Source: an uncultured Verrucomicrobiota bacterium
Lineage (GTDB): Bacteria; Verrucomicrobiota; Verrucomicrobiia; Limisphaerales; UBA1100
Assembly (NCBI GenBank): GCA_964448875.1
Contig: CAYUXV010000216.1
Span: 1 to 41,950, forward strand
Direction: 5' to 3'
Length of the DNA stretch: 41,950 nt
Shown: positions 26,581 to 36,169 of the stretch, in pieces
How the letters are laid out: each line of letters opens with the position of its first letter
Numbering within the stretch: the first letter of the stretch is position 1
Notes under the pieces: generated by a model
Seen by the model: only the letters and a program-made list of their open reading frames with translations
Told to the model about the DNA's origin: nothing
Databases searched by the model: none
Program-made: the position numbers and the translations under genes

Positions 26581-27381
26581 TCAAAAATGATCTGCTTCTG
26601 GTTGACTATGTCTATGCGCCCAGCGATAAGCTGCATGCAACAGTTCAGCAGAGCTATTAAAGTCCAACTTGCGACGTATATTGGACCGGTGAACCTCGGC
26701 TGTCTTGATGCTCATCTCCAATTGCTCCGCCACTTGACGGGTACGAAAGCCTTGGCCCAAAAGCTCGAATACCTCCAGTTCCCGAACCGTGAGAAACTCA
26801 ATTCCTGCCACTGTCCCCGAAGCCTCACGCTCCGGCAGGCCCCTAGGTCGATCCTCCATAAGGTCATCCTGTTGGAAGGCCATTCCTCCATTCAACACGC
26901 AACGAATTGCCGCAATGATTCTATCCCCCGGCGTTTCCTTGTTCAGATATCCGTACCCACCCGCTTGAGCAACGGGAAGGGCATACACCGAGTCCTTGTG
27001 TACCGACATGGCTATCACTTTAATTTTCGGCGCGATTTCACCCAAGCGCCGGATCAACTCCAGACCCAAGACATCCGGCATGGAAATATCCGTCAAAACA
27101 AGATGTGGCTGCACTTCAGCAATAGCCATTAATGCATCCTCGGCACAAGATGCTTCTCCACAAATTTCAAGATCAAATTCTGTGCTTAAGACTGCCGCCA
27201 AGCCCAATCGGAACGCCGGATGATCGTCCACTAAAAAAATTCGTTTCCGAGTGGTGCGTGTATTAGCAACCTGAACTTCTTCGGTGGATGGACTAATGTG
27301 AATCTTGATGCCGGCGGACCGGCGTTCCCGGACGGGGCTACGCCCCTTACTCATGGTAATCATCGGGCTTAGTACTTTCAT
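26581..27381 (-). CDS. NarL/FixJ family response regulator (REC plus LuxR HTH) with N-terminal extension; start uncertain (27354-27474)
   Basis: IFLVDDH, VLTDISMP, GYLNK, LTVRELEVFELLGQG...VA..L.MSIKTAEVHRSNIRRKL. Confidence 0.9.
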   Translation of the reverse strand: MKVLSPMITMSKGRSPVRERRSAGIKIHISPSTEEVQVANTRTTRKRIFLVDDHPAFRLGLAAVLSTEFDLEICGEASCAEDALMAIAEVQPHLVLTDISMPDVLGLELIRRLGEIAPKIKVIAMSVHKDSVYALPVAQAGGYGYLNKETPGDRIIAAIRCVLNGGMAFQQDDLMEDRPRGLPEREASGTVAGIEFLTVRELEVFELLGQGFRTRQVAEQLEMSIKTAEVHRSNIRRKLDFNSSAELLHAAYRWAHRHSQPEADHF

Positions 27382-27503
27382 TTTTTCCTTAAACAAACGC
27401 CAGTCGTGAATTTTTTTCAATCGGGATGCGCGTGGAGTTCTGCCAGCCATTTGCTGCCCACAAACACACTCCAACAGGACCTGCCTCGCGGCAAAATTTA
27501 ATA

Positions 27504-27522
27504 CATAAGGGAAACCCTTATG
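27504..27522. promoter_or_regulatory. Palindromic box CATAAGGG-AAA-CCCTTATG
   Basis: Perfect 8-3-8 inverted repeat between the two regulator genes. Confidence 0.7.
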
Positions 27523-27558
27523 CCATATGGATGGAATGCCTATTGAAGCGTGCTGGGT

Positions 27559-28248
27559 TCAAGTCCCGAAATCACCATGGTAAACCCACTGGTATGCCGC
27601 ATGGGTCAGTTCTGCGGCCGTCTTGAAATTCAACTTTTTCCTAATATTGGCTCTGTGCACCTCTGCGGTACGGCCGCTCATGCCTAGTTCGTCAGCTACT
27701 TCCCGCGTGCTTTTGCCATGACCCAGAAGCTCGAACACCTCCAGTTCGCGGTCAGTCAAAAACTCAATGCCATCCACAACTCCCGATGACTCACGTCCTG
27801 GCAAACTCTGCGGACGCTGGGCAAGTTGCTCGGGTTTGAACATCATCTGCCCCTCAAAGATTCGCTTAATAGCATCGATTACCTGATCAGCGGGGGTTTC
27901 CTTGTTTAAATACCCATGCCCACCCGCCTGCAACACACGCAGCGCATATACAGTATCTTCGTGCATCGACATAACCAGCACGCGCACTTGAGGCGCTACC
28001 GCCTTTAAATCCTTAACCAACTCCAACCCGCTACGGCCTGGCATAGAGAGGTCCGTCAATACCAGGTCCGGTTGCGCCGCATCAATCGCTGTTAGTGCTA
28101 CACGCGCGTTGCCTGCCTCACCGCATATTTCCCAGCTTTCCTCAAGCCCGAGGATTGCCTTCATGCCTGCGCGGAATGCTGGATGGTCATCTACCAGAAA
28201 AATTTTGCGCGATTCAGGTTCTACTTTGCTTGACATGGATTTACCCAA
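27559..28248 (-). CDS. NarL/FixJ family response regulator
   Basis: IFLVDDH, VLTDLSMPG, GYLNK, LTDRELEVFELLGHG...SGRTAEVHRANIRKKL. Confidence 0.92.
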   Translation of the reverse strand: MGKSMSSKVEPESRKIFLVDDHPAFRAGMKAILGLEESWEICGEAGNARVALTAIDAAQPDLVLTDLSMPGRSGLELVKDLKAVAPQVRVLVMSMHEDTVYALRVLQAGGHGYLNKETPADQVIDAIKRIFEGQMMFKPEQLAQRPQSLPGRESSGVVDGIEFLTDRELEVFELLGHGKSTREVADELGMSGRTAEVHRANIRKKLNFKTAAELTHAAYQWVYHGDFGT

Positions 28249-28278
28249 TCTTTTGGCAAACGTGTTTGATGTTCAACG

Positions 28279-29286
28279 TCAATCTTGAGGTGGTATGATC
28301 AGATGAATCTTTGTTCCCTTTGCTTTCACTTCCCGACCTTCTTTCAGTGTCATTTCCAGTGGCACCACCAGGTGCACCGTCGTGCCTTTGTCTGGCACGG
28401 ATTCCATCGCCAACTCCCCACCCAGCAGTTGCGCCCGTTCACGCATGCTGTTCATGCCCAGTCCCCCCTCACGGAGAGTTCGGGCGTCCATCCCGATTCC
28501 ATTATCCTCTACTTCCAGCGCCATTTTGCTAGGCGAACCAAATAGCCGCACCGTTGCGTACTCAGCACGTCCATGACGCGCCGCGTTGTGCAGCGCTTCC
28601 TGCGCAATGCGACACACATGTGTTTTGAATGACTTCGGTAAATCCTCGTGCACATAATGCACCAGCATCCGACAGCCCCCGGAAAACCCCATCATCATTG
28701 ATTTCACCAGTTGCCGTAGATTGTCTGCCAATGTGCGATCCTCACTAATGGCACTTCCGTGTGAAATCGCCCGGGCCTGTCCCAATCCATCTTTCACCAT
28801 CCTGCGTACCTGCTCCAAAAGTTTGGTCTTTTTTGTGTCCCCTTCCAGCCGTTTCAGCAACGCCTGACAAACCAAATCAGCCCCCGCCAGTTGCTGGCAC
28901 ACGCTGTCGTGTAGTTCTTGGCCTAGTCTCTTCACCGCCAAATCCGCCATCTCAATCAACTCCGCCTCGCGCGAGACCTGGCCTGACAAATCCTGTAACG
29001 CTACCAGCCACAACTTTTCATCTCCCACAACGGCAGATGTCAACGTACATGCAATCCGTCGAGAATCTTCATCCTTTGACAGCACATGCACCATGGATAG
29101 ATGTGTTGCAATATCCTCCTCCGGAAATTTCAATGAATCGACTAGGTCCACCAGTCGCAAACCGACCGCCTTTCCCTGCTTGATCCCCAGCAAGGCTTCT
29201 CCCTCCTCATTGGACGATATCACTCGGCCCTCATGATTTACCGCAAGTAAACCTATCGCCACGAGGTTGTTGGAGGGATTCGCCAT
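28279..29286 (-). CDS. Cytoplasmic PAS-domain sensor histidine kinase (HisKA_3 type)
   Basis: PAS-like N-terminus (GLLAVNHEGRVISSN...LLG), RLGQELHDSVCQQL, RIAQEALHNAARH, VEDNGIG, GLGMNSMRERA; no TM segment. Confidence 0.9.
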   Translation of the reverse strand: MANPSNNLVAIGLLAVNHEGRVISSNEEGEALLGIKQGKAVGLRLVDLVDSLKFPEEDIATHLSMVHVLSKDEDSRRIACTLTSAVVGDEKLWLVALQDLSGQVSREAELIEMADLAVKRLGQELHDSVCQQLAGADLVCQALLKRLEGDTKKTKLLEQVRRMVKDGLGQARAISHGSAISEDRTLADNLRQLVKSMMMGFSGGCRMLVHYVHEDLPKSFKTHVCRIAQEALHNAARHGRAEYATVRLFGSPSKMALEVEDNGIGMDARTLREGGLGMNSMRERAQLLGGELAMESVPDKGTTVHLVVPLEMTLKEGREVKAKGTKIHLIIPPQD

Positions 29287-29335
29287 GCACCAATACTATT
29301 CCCCACAACCAGCTAATCATTCAAGCACCGATAGG

Positions 29336-29350
29336 TAAGGTTTTCCCTCA
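29336..29350. promoter_or_regulatory. TAAGGG-N3-CCCTTA-like box (taaggttttccctca)
   Basis: 10/12 match in the arms; 50 bp upstream of the kinase ATG. Confidence 0.55.
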
Positions 29351-29427
29351 TGTAATATTAGTTTTGTATGATATGGATTATCGTACGGCCTGATTGACAG
29401 AAAAGTTCGACGGTTTATCGTCGGGAC

Positions 29428-30210
29428 ATGGAACTGAAAAGCAAAGCAGCTTTGGTGACGGGTGCCTCACGTGGCGTGGGGGCGGCCACGGCGTTGATGT
29501 TGGCCAAGGCGGGATGTGATGTAGCTGTGAATTACAATTCCTCAGCCGAGTCCGCGGGACAAGTGGTAAATGCGTGTAAGGAAGCAGGTGTAGAAGCAGT
29601 TGCTGTGCAGGGTGATGTGGCAGGGGATTCCATCTGCCGTCAGCTGGTTGCAGATACGGTAAACGCATTAGGACGATTGGATGTGTTAATAAACAACGCA
29701 GGAACGACTCGGTTTATTGGGTTTGGTAATTTGGATGATGTGCGGGATGAGGATTGGGATCGGATCCTAGCGGTGAATTTGAAGGGGCCGTTTCAGTGCG
29801 CACGCGCGGCGAAGACGCATTTGGCTGCGGACGGTGGTGGGGTGATTGTGAACACGGCAAGTGTCGCAGGTATCGTTGGGGCTGGCAGTTGTATCCCCTA
29901 TGCAGCCTCAAAAGCAGCAGTGATCAACCTGACTCTGGCGTTGGCGCGATCGCTGGGGCCGGAGATTCGTGTGAATGCCGTTGCGCCAGGGTTTATCGAA
30001 GGGGATTGGCTGAAACAGGGGCTAGGAACGGATTATGAATCAGCCAAAGCAGCCAAGTCATCCGAAGGGTTACTTGACGCAGTGAGCACACCAGAGGACG
30101 TGGCTCATGGTATTTTGGCGATGGTAACGGCAGACAAGGTGACGGGGCATACACTGGTGGTAGACGCCGGCCACACGGCAGGTCCGCGGCTTGTACATGG
30201 GATTAAATAA
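29428..30210 (+). CDS. SDR family oxidoreductase (FabG-like)
   Basis: VTGASRGVG, NNAG, S...YAASK, VNAVAPG. TTGACA 29394 and TATCGT 29416 lie just upstream. Confidence 0.92.
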   Translation: MELKSKAALVTGASRGVGAATALMLAKAGCDVAVNYNSSAESAGQVVNACKEAGVEAVAVQGDVAGDSICRQLVADTVNALGRLDVLINNAGTTRFIGFGNLDDVRDEDWDRILAVNLKGPFQCARAAKTHLAADGGGVIVNTASVAGIVGAGSCIPYAASKAAVINLTLALARSLGPEIRVNAVAPGFIEGDWLKQGLGTDYESAKAAKSSEGLLDAVSTPEDVAHGILAMVTADKVTGHTLVVDAGHTAGPRLVHGIK

Positions 30211-30355
30211 AGTCAGCCTCAAGTCGATTGCGATTATGAGGCCTTGTTTGTTTCTCGCATCAAAAGGATTGTGAATAACATTGCCGAAGAGATTAGATTT
30301 TGCTAAATAAGCAGGCAAATATGCCGACTGGTGTAGAATGGAGGCTTTAAATATT

Positions 30356-31696
30356 ATGCGAATAATTCCTGTCTTTCTCGTAGCATTGCTTTTTTTCCCG
30401 GGATGTATGACAAAAAGGTGGGTTGCACCGTTGTTTAGGGCTGAGACAGTCAAGTTTCCAGAGCCAGATCCGCCTAATATGGCTGCAAAGCCAACTCCTA
30501 AGCCCGTTGATGATGCCAAAAACGGCTTCCCTAACGGTGTGCAAATTTATAATGACGTCCATTCGCTTGAAAGTGATGTACTGGCCAAGCTGACGCAGGC
30601 TCCGAATGCCCAGAGAGAAGATTTTCTGCAACTACTCAGTAGTGCCTCGCTGTTTGGGACATTGTACCTGAAACAGGATTGCGCATTCATTTACAATATG
30701 GACAAGCATCAGTTTTTGGCTCTGCCCCGGGAGCTTACGCCCGTCGTGAAGTTGGCTGAAGTTAAGCCCAAGCCGTCTGAACCAACTGAAAATGCCGTTA
30801 ATCCTCCAAAGAATCCGGAGTTAACGCCCGCACAAGTTTGGGAAGGGGCTGAATTGCTATTGCGTGGCGCTGATCCGAGTGCTGTCGTGATGCTGGAAAT
30901 GTTTCTCAAAAAATTTCCCGACAGCGTGCACGCGAATCAAGCGCAAGTCCGCTTGGTAATGGCGCATCTGCAGTCTGGCCATCTTGAAAAGGCCAAAGCA
31001 GCAATCTTGAAATTAGACACAACGAACGATTCTACTGAAGCCGTTATGGTAAGAGGGTTACTGCAACAATTAGAACAAGCTGAGGCAGAAGGTAAACGTG
31101 TGAAGGGCACAAAAATTTTCCTCCCTGATTCAGCTAAAAAAGCAGAGTCGAAAAACCCAAAAGAAGCACCGTCTGATAAACCCGCACCTCAGGAACCAAC
31201 TGACGAGAAGGAACCGGCCAAACAAGAGTCCGATGAATGTGAGGAAGATAAGGAATTGAAAAAATCGCCACCTGTTATTCCTTCGCCCACTAAAAACGAG
31301 GCAAACGTGAAAGCTACGGTCAAACATGTAGCCATTGTTAATGCAAAGCCGATGTTACCTGAGGCCCTTACATTGGTTCATTGTCATAACCAACATCCTG
31401 ACTTTTTTACCACGGGGGTTTTTGTCGAGGCGACAATCCGCGAACCATTCCTTGCAAAGTATATGAAGTCTGGGCAAGCGGGTTTCATGTTGCCAAGCAC
31501 CTTCACGCCAAAGCAATCAAACGAAATTCGCCCAAATCTCACGCTTGTTGCAGGATACCGAATGTCTAGCCTTCCAGATATGAGTAAGACGGGAAAGATT
31601 CTAGATCATTGCCGTCTTGTTTCATTGCATGTCATAGACTCGGTCACCCATAAAGTGGTGTTTGAGCATAGGATGCAAACTTCGCAAAAAAAGTAG
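30356..31696 (+). CDS. Putative lipoprotein with a TPR-like segment
   Basis: LFFPGC lipobox; FLKKFPDS.HA.QAQ.RL...H...G..EKA helical repeat; low-complexity linker. Confidence 0.65.
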   Translation: MRIIPVFLVALLFFPGCMTKRWVAPLFRAETVKFPEPDPPNMAAKPTPKPVDDAKNGFPNGVQIYNDVHSLESDVLAKLTQAPNAQREDFLQLLSSASLFGTLYLKQDCAFIYNMDKHQFLALPRELTPVVKLAEVKPKPSEPTENAVNPPKNPELTPAQVWEGAELLLRGADPSAVVMLEMFLKKFPDSVHANQAQVRLVMAHLQSGHLEKAKAAILKLDTTNDSTEAVMVRGLLQQLEQAEAEGKRVKGTKIFLPDSAKKAESKNPKEAPSDKPAPQEPTDEKEPAKQESDECEEDKELKKSPPVIPSPTKNEANVKATVKHVAIVNAKPMLPEALTLVHCHNQHPDFFTTGVFVEATIREPFLAKYMKSGQAGFMLPSTFTPKQSNEIRPNLTLVAGYRMSSLPDMSKTGKILDHCRLVSLHVIDSVTHKVVFEHRMQTSQKK

Positions 31697-31767
31697 GCTT
31701 CAACCGCTAAAGTCACGCTGTATAGTGTCGATTGTGAAGGTAAGCTGTTCACGCAGCTGGGCACACA

Positions 31768-32058
31768 ATGCAGCATTTTTTATCAACTGCAGGTATCGCA
31801 GGATTTCTGCTCGTTATGGGACTAAATCTGGTCGTGGGAAATGATCCCGGACAGGGTATAGTCAACGCATTGATCGCTGCACTTGCGTTTGCCGTGATGA
31901 CTCGCTGGTTCATGCGCAAAACCTACACAAGTTTGCATACTGCACTATATGAAGCACAGGTTGCGGCAGCCCAAGTTGCACAGGAAGCTGCCGCTGCTAA
32001 AGCAGCTGACAAAGCCGCTGCTAAAGCCGAAGAAGTAGCTGAACCAGTAGCTGCTTAG
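31768..32058 (+). CDS. Small 2-TM membrane protein with Ala/Lys-rich tail
   Basis: Two hydrophobic helices followed by AAAKAADKAAAK. Confidence 0.7.
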   Translation: MQHFLSTAGIAGFLLVMGLNLVVGNDPGQGIVNALIAALAFAVMTRWFMRKTYTSLHTALYEAQVAAAQVAQEAAAAKAADKAAAKAEEVAEPVAA

Positions 32059-32144
32059 GTGAGAAAAACATTGCGGCGTTTCCGTGGGCTGGCACAATCA
32101 CCAGCGAACCCTTACTGGCAAAAAAACAAAAACATTCCATACTC

Positions 32145-32603
32145 ATGAAATTACCCCACATTTTGACCTGCGGCTTGTTCGCGTTCGGACTAGCCTTGCC
32201 GCTGGCAGCTGATGAAAAAATTAAGCGTACACCTTCGCCAAAGGGCGCAAAGGTTTACATTATCTCCCCAAAAAATGGCCGAACCTTGAAGAGCGGCAAA
32301 GTCAAAGTCGTCTTTGGCCTCTCTGGCATGGGCGTTTGCCCGGCAACTTTGGCTGGACCTGACGGAAAGCCTCTACCCGGCACCGGGCATCATCATCTGC
32401 TTTTGGACGCGGAAAAAATGCCGCCCATGAACGCACCGCTGGCGGCTTCAGAAACACTCCTGCATTACGGAAAAGGCAATACGGAAACGGTTTTGAACCT
32501 AAAACCTGGAAAGCACACTTTGCAGTTGGTTTTTGCCGACTGGTTGCACATCCCTCATGATCCACCCGTAATCTCCAAAAAAATTACTATCACGGTGAAG
32601 TAG
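32145..32603 (+). CDS. DUF4399 domain exported protein
   Basis: GAKVYIISPKNG, V.FGLSGMGV.PA, TGHHHLL, HYGKG.TE, L.PGKHTLQL..AD..H.PH.PP. Confidence 0.85.
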   Translation: MKLPHILTCGLFAFGLALPLAADEKIKRTPSPKGAKVYIISPKNGRTLKSGKVKVVFGLSGMGVCPATLAGPDGKPLPGTGHHHLLLDAEKMPPMNAPLAASETLLHYGKGNTETVLNLKPGKHTLQLVFADWLHIPHDPPVISKKITITVK

Positions 32604-32629
32604 CCTTTATTGGCTCAGCTACCCAATGT

Positions 32630-32659
32630 AAACCGGCGGCTATGCTCGCCGGTTTTTTT
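32630..32659 (+). terminator. Rho-independent terminator
   Basis: aaaccggcg-N8-cgccggttt followed by a T tract. Confidence 0.85.
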
Positions 32660-32843
32660 GTCTCCAAAAACAACGGTTTAGGACATTTAGCCAAAATCAG
32701 GGCCAATTTCTTTCATTAATGATTATGGCATAAATCTCCTTAAAACCACTATGTTCAGCAAAAAAGTTGAGGAGAAGGTGAGACTGGCGTAATTTTTGCT
32801 ACGTACCCCCCGTTCTGCCATAGGCAGAAAACAAGGGAATAAT

Positions 32844-34088
32844 GTGAAAACGGCAAGGGATACGAAAAATCCTCGCCAGAATCGGATAAAAACCCCGGGG
32901 AAAACGGGGGGTTCGGGGCTGGTGTTGTATAATCTAGTAGCTTGGATCTGCCTCGGCATCCTGCTGGCCTTAATAGTTGGCTGCTCAAGTTCTTCAAAAA
33001 ACATGCCCTCCCTAACCTTTGGGAATGCGGTCAACAAGGATCGCTTATTTGGGGCTCAAATGGATGAAGGACGACTTCGTCTCACAGCACCAATCATGAG
33101 TATTGCCGTTCCGTGGCCCAGTTTTCAGGGATCTTCAGGCGGAACTGTATCGGCCGGAATGCTGATGTTAATGGACTCAGAAGGTAAACCGGTTTCGTAC
33201 GATGACAATGCTTCCACTTGGTCTACAGATCCTGCTTTCGCACTTTATTTCCATGAGGGTCAAACAAATTTTCCTGCAGAGAAACGTGTTCCATACACAG
33301 GTGCCGTGGAATTGATCCGAACTAACAACAGCGTGGCCACCAAAATCATGTTGTCATATATCAAAGATGGCCGTCTTCATGGAACCACCCATGTCTGGCA
33401 TGAAACCGGCGAACCCAAACTCGAATTGACATATGATCAGGGCGACATCGTTGCGCGAAAGGCATGGGAATCAAACGGCACTTTAATCGCTCAGTTCCCT
33501 TCCGACTCAAGCGGAACTGACGATAACAAGACAACAGTTGTTACTAAACCGAAACCAGATTTTCCTGATCTAACGAAACTACAACTAAGGGGCAATCAAA
33601 TGTTCATGCCCGATGCCATTGACCCCTTTACAGGAACCGCAGGAAAAACATATCCCGACGGAAAACTTGAACGCCAGGAATCCTTTGTAGATGGCTTACG
33701 AGATGGCAATGCAACGTGGTGGCACTCGAATAATAACGTTTGGTTCAAGGCTACATATGTAGCCGGCAGCCCGGAAGGCCGGGTAGAAGCTTGGCGCGAG
33801 GATGGGACTCGTGAGTATGTACGCGAGTTTCAGAGTGGATTACCTACACGTATGATTACTTTCAAGCCGGATGGAACTGAAAGTGGCCGTGTTGATGATA
33901 ATAACCCAGACGGCACATTGACGTACTACCATGAAAACGGTAAAAAAAAGTATGAGCAGATTTATTCAGGAGGGTTCTTCGGTAGTATGAAGGAAAAATG
34001 GTACGACAAAGAAGGCAACCCCATCATGCCTGAGTCTGATGGAGGCGGACAAAATCCACCACCTGTTCCGGTGCCTGGACAACCTTAA
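32844..34088 (+). CDS. MORN-variant (YwqK-like) repeat membrane/lipoprotein
   Basis: Repeats such as DGRLHG...WHETG, DGLRDG...WHSN, YYHENGKKK; hydrophobic segment ending LIVGC; start uncertain. Confidence 0.75.
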   Translation: MKTARDTKNPRQNRIKTPGKTGGSGLVLYNLVAWICLGILLALIVGCSSSSKNMPSLTFGNAVNKDRLFGAQMDEGRLRLTAPIMSIAVPWPSFQGSSGGTVSAGMLMLMDSEGKPVSYDDNASTWSTDPAFALYFHEGQTNFPAEKRVPYTGAVELIRTNNSVATKIMLSYIKDGRLHGTTHVWHETGEPKLELTYDQGDIVARKAWESNGTLIAQFPSDSSGTDDNKTTVVTKPKPDFPDLTKLQLRGNQMFMPDAIDPFTGTAGKTYPDGKLERQESFVDGLRDGNATWWHSNNNVWFKATYVAGSPEGRVEAWREDGTREYVREFQSGLPTRMITFKPDGTESGRVDDNNPDGTLTYYHENGKKKYEQIYSGGFFGSMKEKWYDKEGNPIMPESDGGGQNPPPVPVPGQP

Positions 34089-34177
34089 AGCTTTCTGCCA
34101 AGCTCTCAACTGCAGTAATGCCGGAGAATGGATTCGCCTTCCTTGCTCCCGATCAAGGGCGCAATATCCTGCCAACC

Positions 34178-34894
34178 ATGCTGGTTGAAAAATTCGATTC
34201 ACAGGAAGCCTGGGCTGAAGGGGTGAGCAAGCTCTGGATCAGTCGTTTACAGGAAAAGCCGGACATCCGGATTTGCTTGGCGGCGGGGAATACGCCGGTG
34301 CCGGTTTGCGAGGCGATGGCTCGGGCATGCCAAGTTGGGGAAGTAAGCTTCAGTGAAACGACGATCTTTGCCTTGGATGAATACGGGGAACTTGCACCCG
34401 ATGATGCCGGACGCTGCGCGAACATGATTCGTCGTTGCCTGTTGGATCATGTGGATTTACCCGCGGATAATTTTCACGAGTTGGCGACTGAGGCAGCCAA
34501 CCTAGATCAGGTGTGGGCTGATTATGATGGTGCGATTGGAGAGGGCTTCGACCTTGCGATTCTTGGCATTGGCCTCAACGGACACCTAGGGATGAACGAG
34601 CCGGGCACAACTGCCGAATCCACAACGCATCGGGTGGAGCTGCATCCCGCCTCCATTCAATCGGCGGCCGGCTATATGGATGGTAGAGAGCCCCCGAGAT
34701 GGGGCATCACCGTGGGCATGAAACACCTTTTGGAAGCCAAGGAAGTCTGGCTTTTGGCTACAGGCGAGGCAAAAGCGGAGATTGTTGCGCAAGTGGTGCA
34801 GGGTCAACCCACGACCGACATCCCGACCTCATTACTGAACGATCATTCTGAATGCACTCTCTTTATGGATGAAGAAGCGTCGGCAATGTTGTGA
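34178..34894 (+). CDS. nagB: Glucosamine-6-phosphate deaminase family protein
   Basis: LAAGNTP, LDEY, DLAILGIGLNGHLGMNEPG, GITVGM, LLATGEAKA. ATG 34178 lies 7 nt after a TATCCT -10 element. Confidence 0.8.
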   Translation: MLVEKFDSQEAWAEGVSKLWISRLQEKPDIRICLAAGNTPVPVCEAMARACQVGEVSFSETTIFALDEYGELAPDDAGRCANMIRRCLLDHVDLPADNFHELATEAANLDQVWADYDGAIGEGFDLAILGIGLNGHLGMNEPGTTAESTTHRVELHPASIQSAAGYMDGREPPRWGITVGMKHLLEAKEVWLLATGEAKAEIVAQVVQGQPTTDIPTSLLNDHSECTLFMDEEASAML

Positions 34895-34919
34895 GTCTGA
34901 GATCAACTCAGACTCTTTT
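34893..34919 (+). terminator. Probable terminator hairpin
   Basis: gagtctgag-atcaa-ctcagactc-tttt. Confidence 0.6.
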
Positions 34920-35025
34920 ACTTCATGACGAAAGGTCTCTAATCAAAGGCACAAATAACCTTACACTTGGACATTCCTTTTTCAGTTCAGCTACGCCTGC
35001 TCAAGGACCTGTCTCAACCTTTTCC

Positions 35026-36015
35026 TTAACCTGCTGCCACGGTGAACTCGGTATACGCTGACTCGATAGAATTAAATTCCTCCGCGCTCAATTGCCAGTC
35101 GCCTGCCTTCACTGTTTCGGCAATCTGTCCAGTGCGTCGCGCACCAACAATGGCACTGGTGATTTCAGGCCGACGCAGGGTCCACGCCACGGCCAGTTGG
35201 GCAATGGTGTGACCGCTGGCGGCAGCAATGTCATTAAGTGCGCCAAGGAAATTCAGGTAGTGCTCGCGGCGCGGAGGGTGAATGTTTCTGGCAACTGGAT
35301 GGTCAGACTTGTGCTGGCGCCAGTCGGTCTCGGGCAGGGCGTCAATCCACTCTGGCGTGGTCTTATTGGTGAGGAGACCGCTTTCCATAGGGCTGTAGCT
35401 CACAATGCCGCAGTTATTTTCACGGCACCAATCCATGTGGCCCTCGGTCTCGATCTGGCGGTTAAGCAGGCTGTAGCGTGGCTGCAATGAGGTGACCGGA
35501 CCCAGCTTGCTGGCGCGTTCGAGGTGACTCACACCGTAGTTACAGACGGCTGGCCATCGGATTTTACCTTGATCCTTAAGATCAAGCAGGGTTTGCCATG
35601 CTTCTTCGACCTTTTCGTCAAGCTCGGGCCAGTGGATTTGGTAAAGGTCGATGCAGTCAACCTGCAGGCGTTTGAGTGAGCCCTCCACTTCCTCAAGGAT
35701 CTTTTCGCGGTTGGCGTCGCGATAGGGGAAGCGGACCTCGTTGGGCAACACGCCGCACTTGGTAGCGATGATGACGTCGCCGCTCCATTCCTTGAGGGCC
35801 TGGCCGACGACTTCCTCGGATTTCCCAAAGCCGTAGGCGTGGGCGGTATCGATCCAGTTGACGCCGCATTCAAGCGCCTCGTGGATGGCGGCAATGGAGT
35901 CGGCATCCTCCTGTGGACCCCAGCCCATGCCCCAATCATCGCCACCAATGGCCCATGCACCAAAGCCGATGGGGGTGAGGTCGAGGTCGGAGTTACCTAG
36001 TTTACGTGTCTGCAT
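35026..36015 (-). CDS. Aldo/keto reductase
   Basis: IGFGAWAIGG, WIDTAHAYG, IATKCG, IDLYQIHWP, YSPMESGLLT, AIVGAR. Confidence 0.92.
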   Translation of the reverse strand: MQTRKLGNSDLDLTPIGFGAWAIGGDDWGMGWGPQEDADSIAAIHEALECGVNWIDTAHAYGFGKSEEVVGQALKEWSGDVIIATKCGVLPNEVRFPYRDANREKILEEVEGSLKRLQVDCIDLYQIHWPELDEKVEEAWQTLLDLKDQGKIRWPAVCNYGVSHLERASKLGPVTSLQPRYSLLNRQIETEGHMDWCRENNCGIVSYSPMESGLLTNKTTPEWIDALPETDWRQHKSDHPVARNIHPPRREHYLNFLGALNDIAAASGHTIAQLAVAWTLRRPEITSAIVGARRTGQIAETVKAGDWQLSAEEFNSIESAYTEFTVAAG

Positions 36016-36039
36016 GGGCACAGACTTTAGCTGTGCCCA
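36015..36039. promoter_or_regulatory. Inverted repeat flanking the AKR -10 element (candidate operator)
   Basis: tgggcacag-N7-ctgtgccca; minus-strand TTGCCT-17-TAAAGT promoter. Confidence 0.55.
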
Positions 36040-36169
36040 AGGAGTGAGGCAAGCCAGCCTACTTGCGCAGGTCGCGCAGGACGAGGTTCACTTTTTTGGG
36101 ATTGCCTCCGGTTAACACTTTGCACAAGCCGCGTTTGGCATCCTTTTCTCCCATGAGATAACGCTTGCC

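Noticed and set aside
30270-30279. DnaA-box-like TTATTCACA (another weak one near 38441)
   Set aside because: These are isolated single boxes with no cluster, no DUE and no dnaA context.
32844-34088. YwqJK-type toxin-antitoxin module
   Set aside because: Only MORN-variant repeats are present, the protein is membrane-anchored, and there is no adjacent toxin gene.
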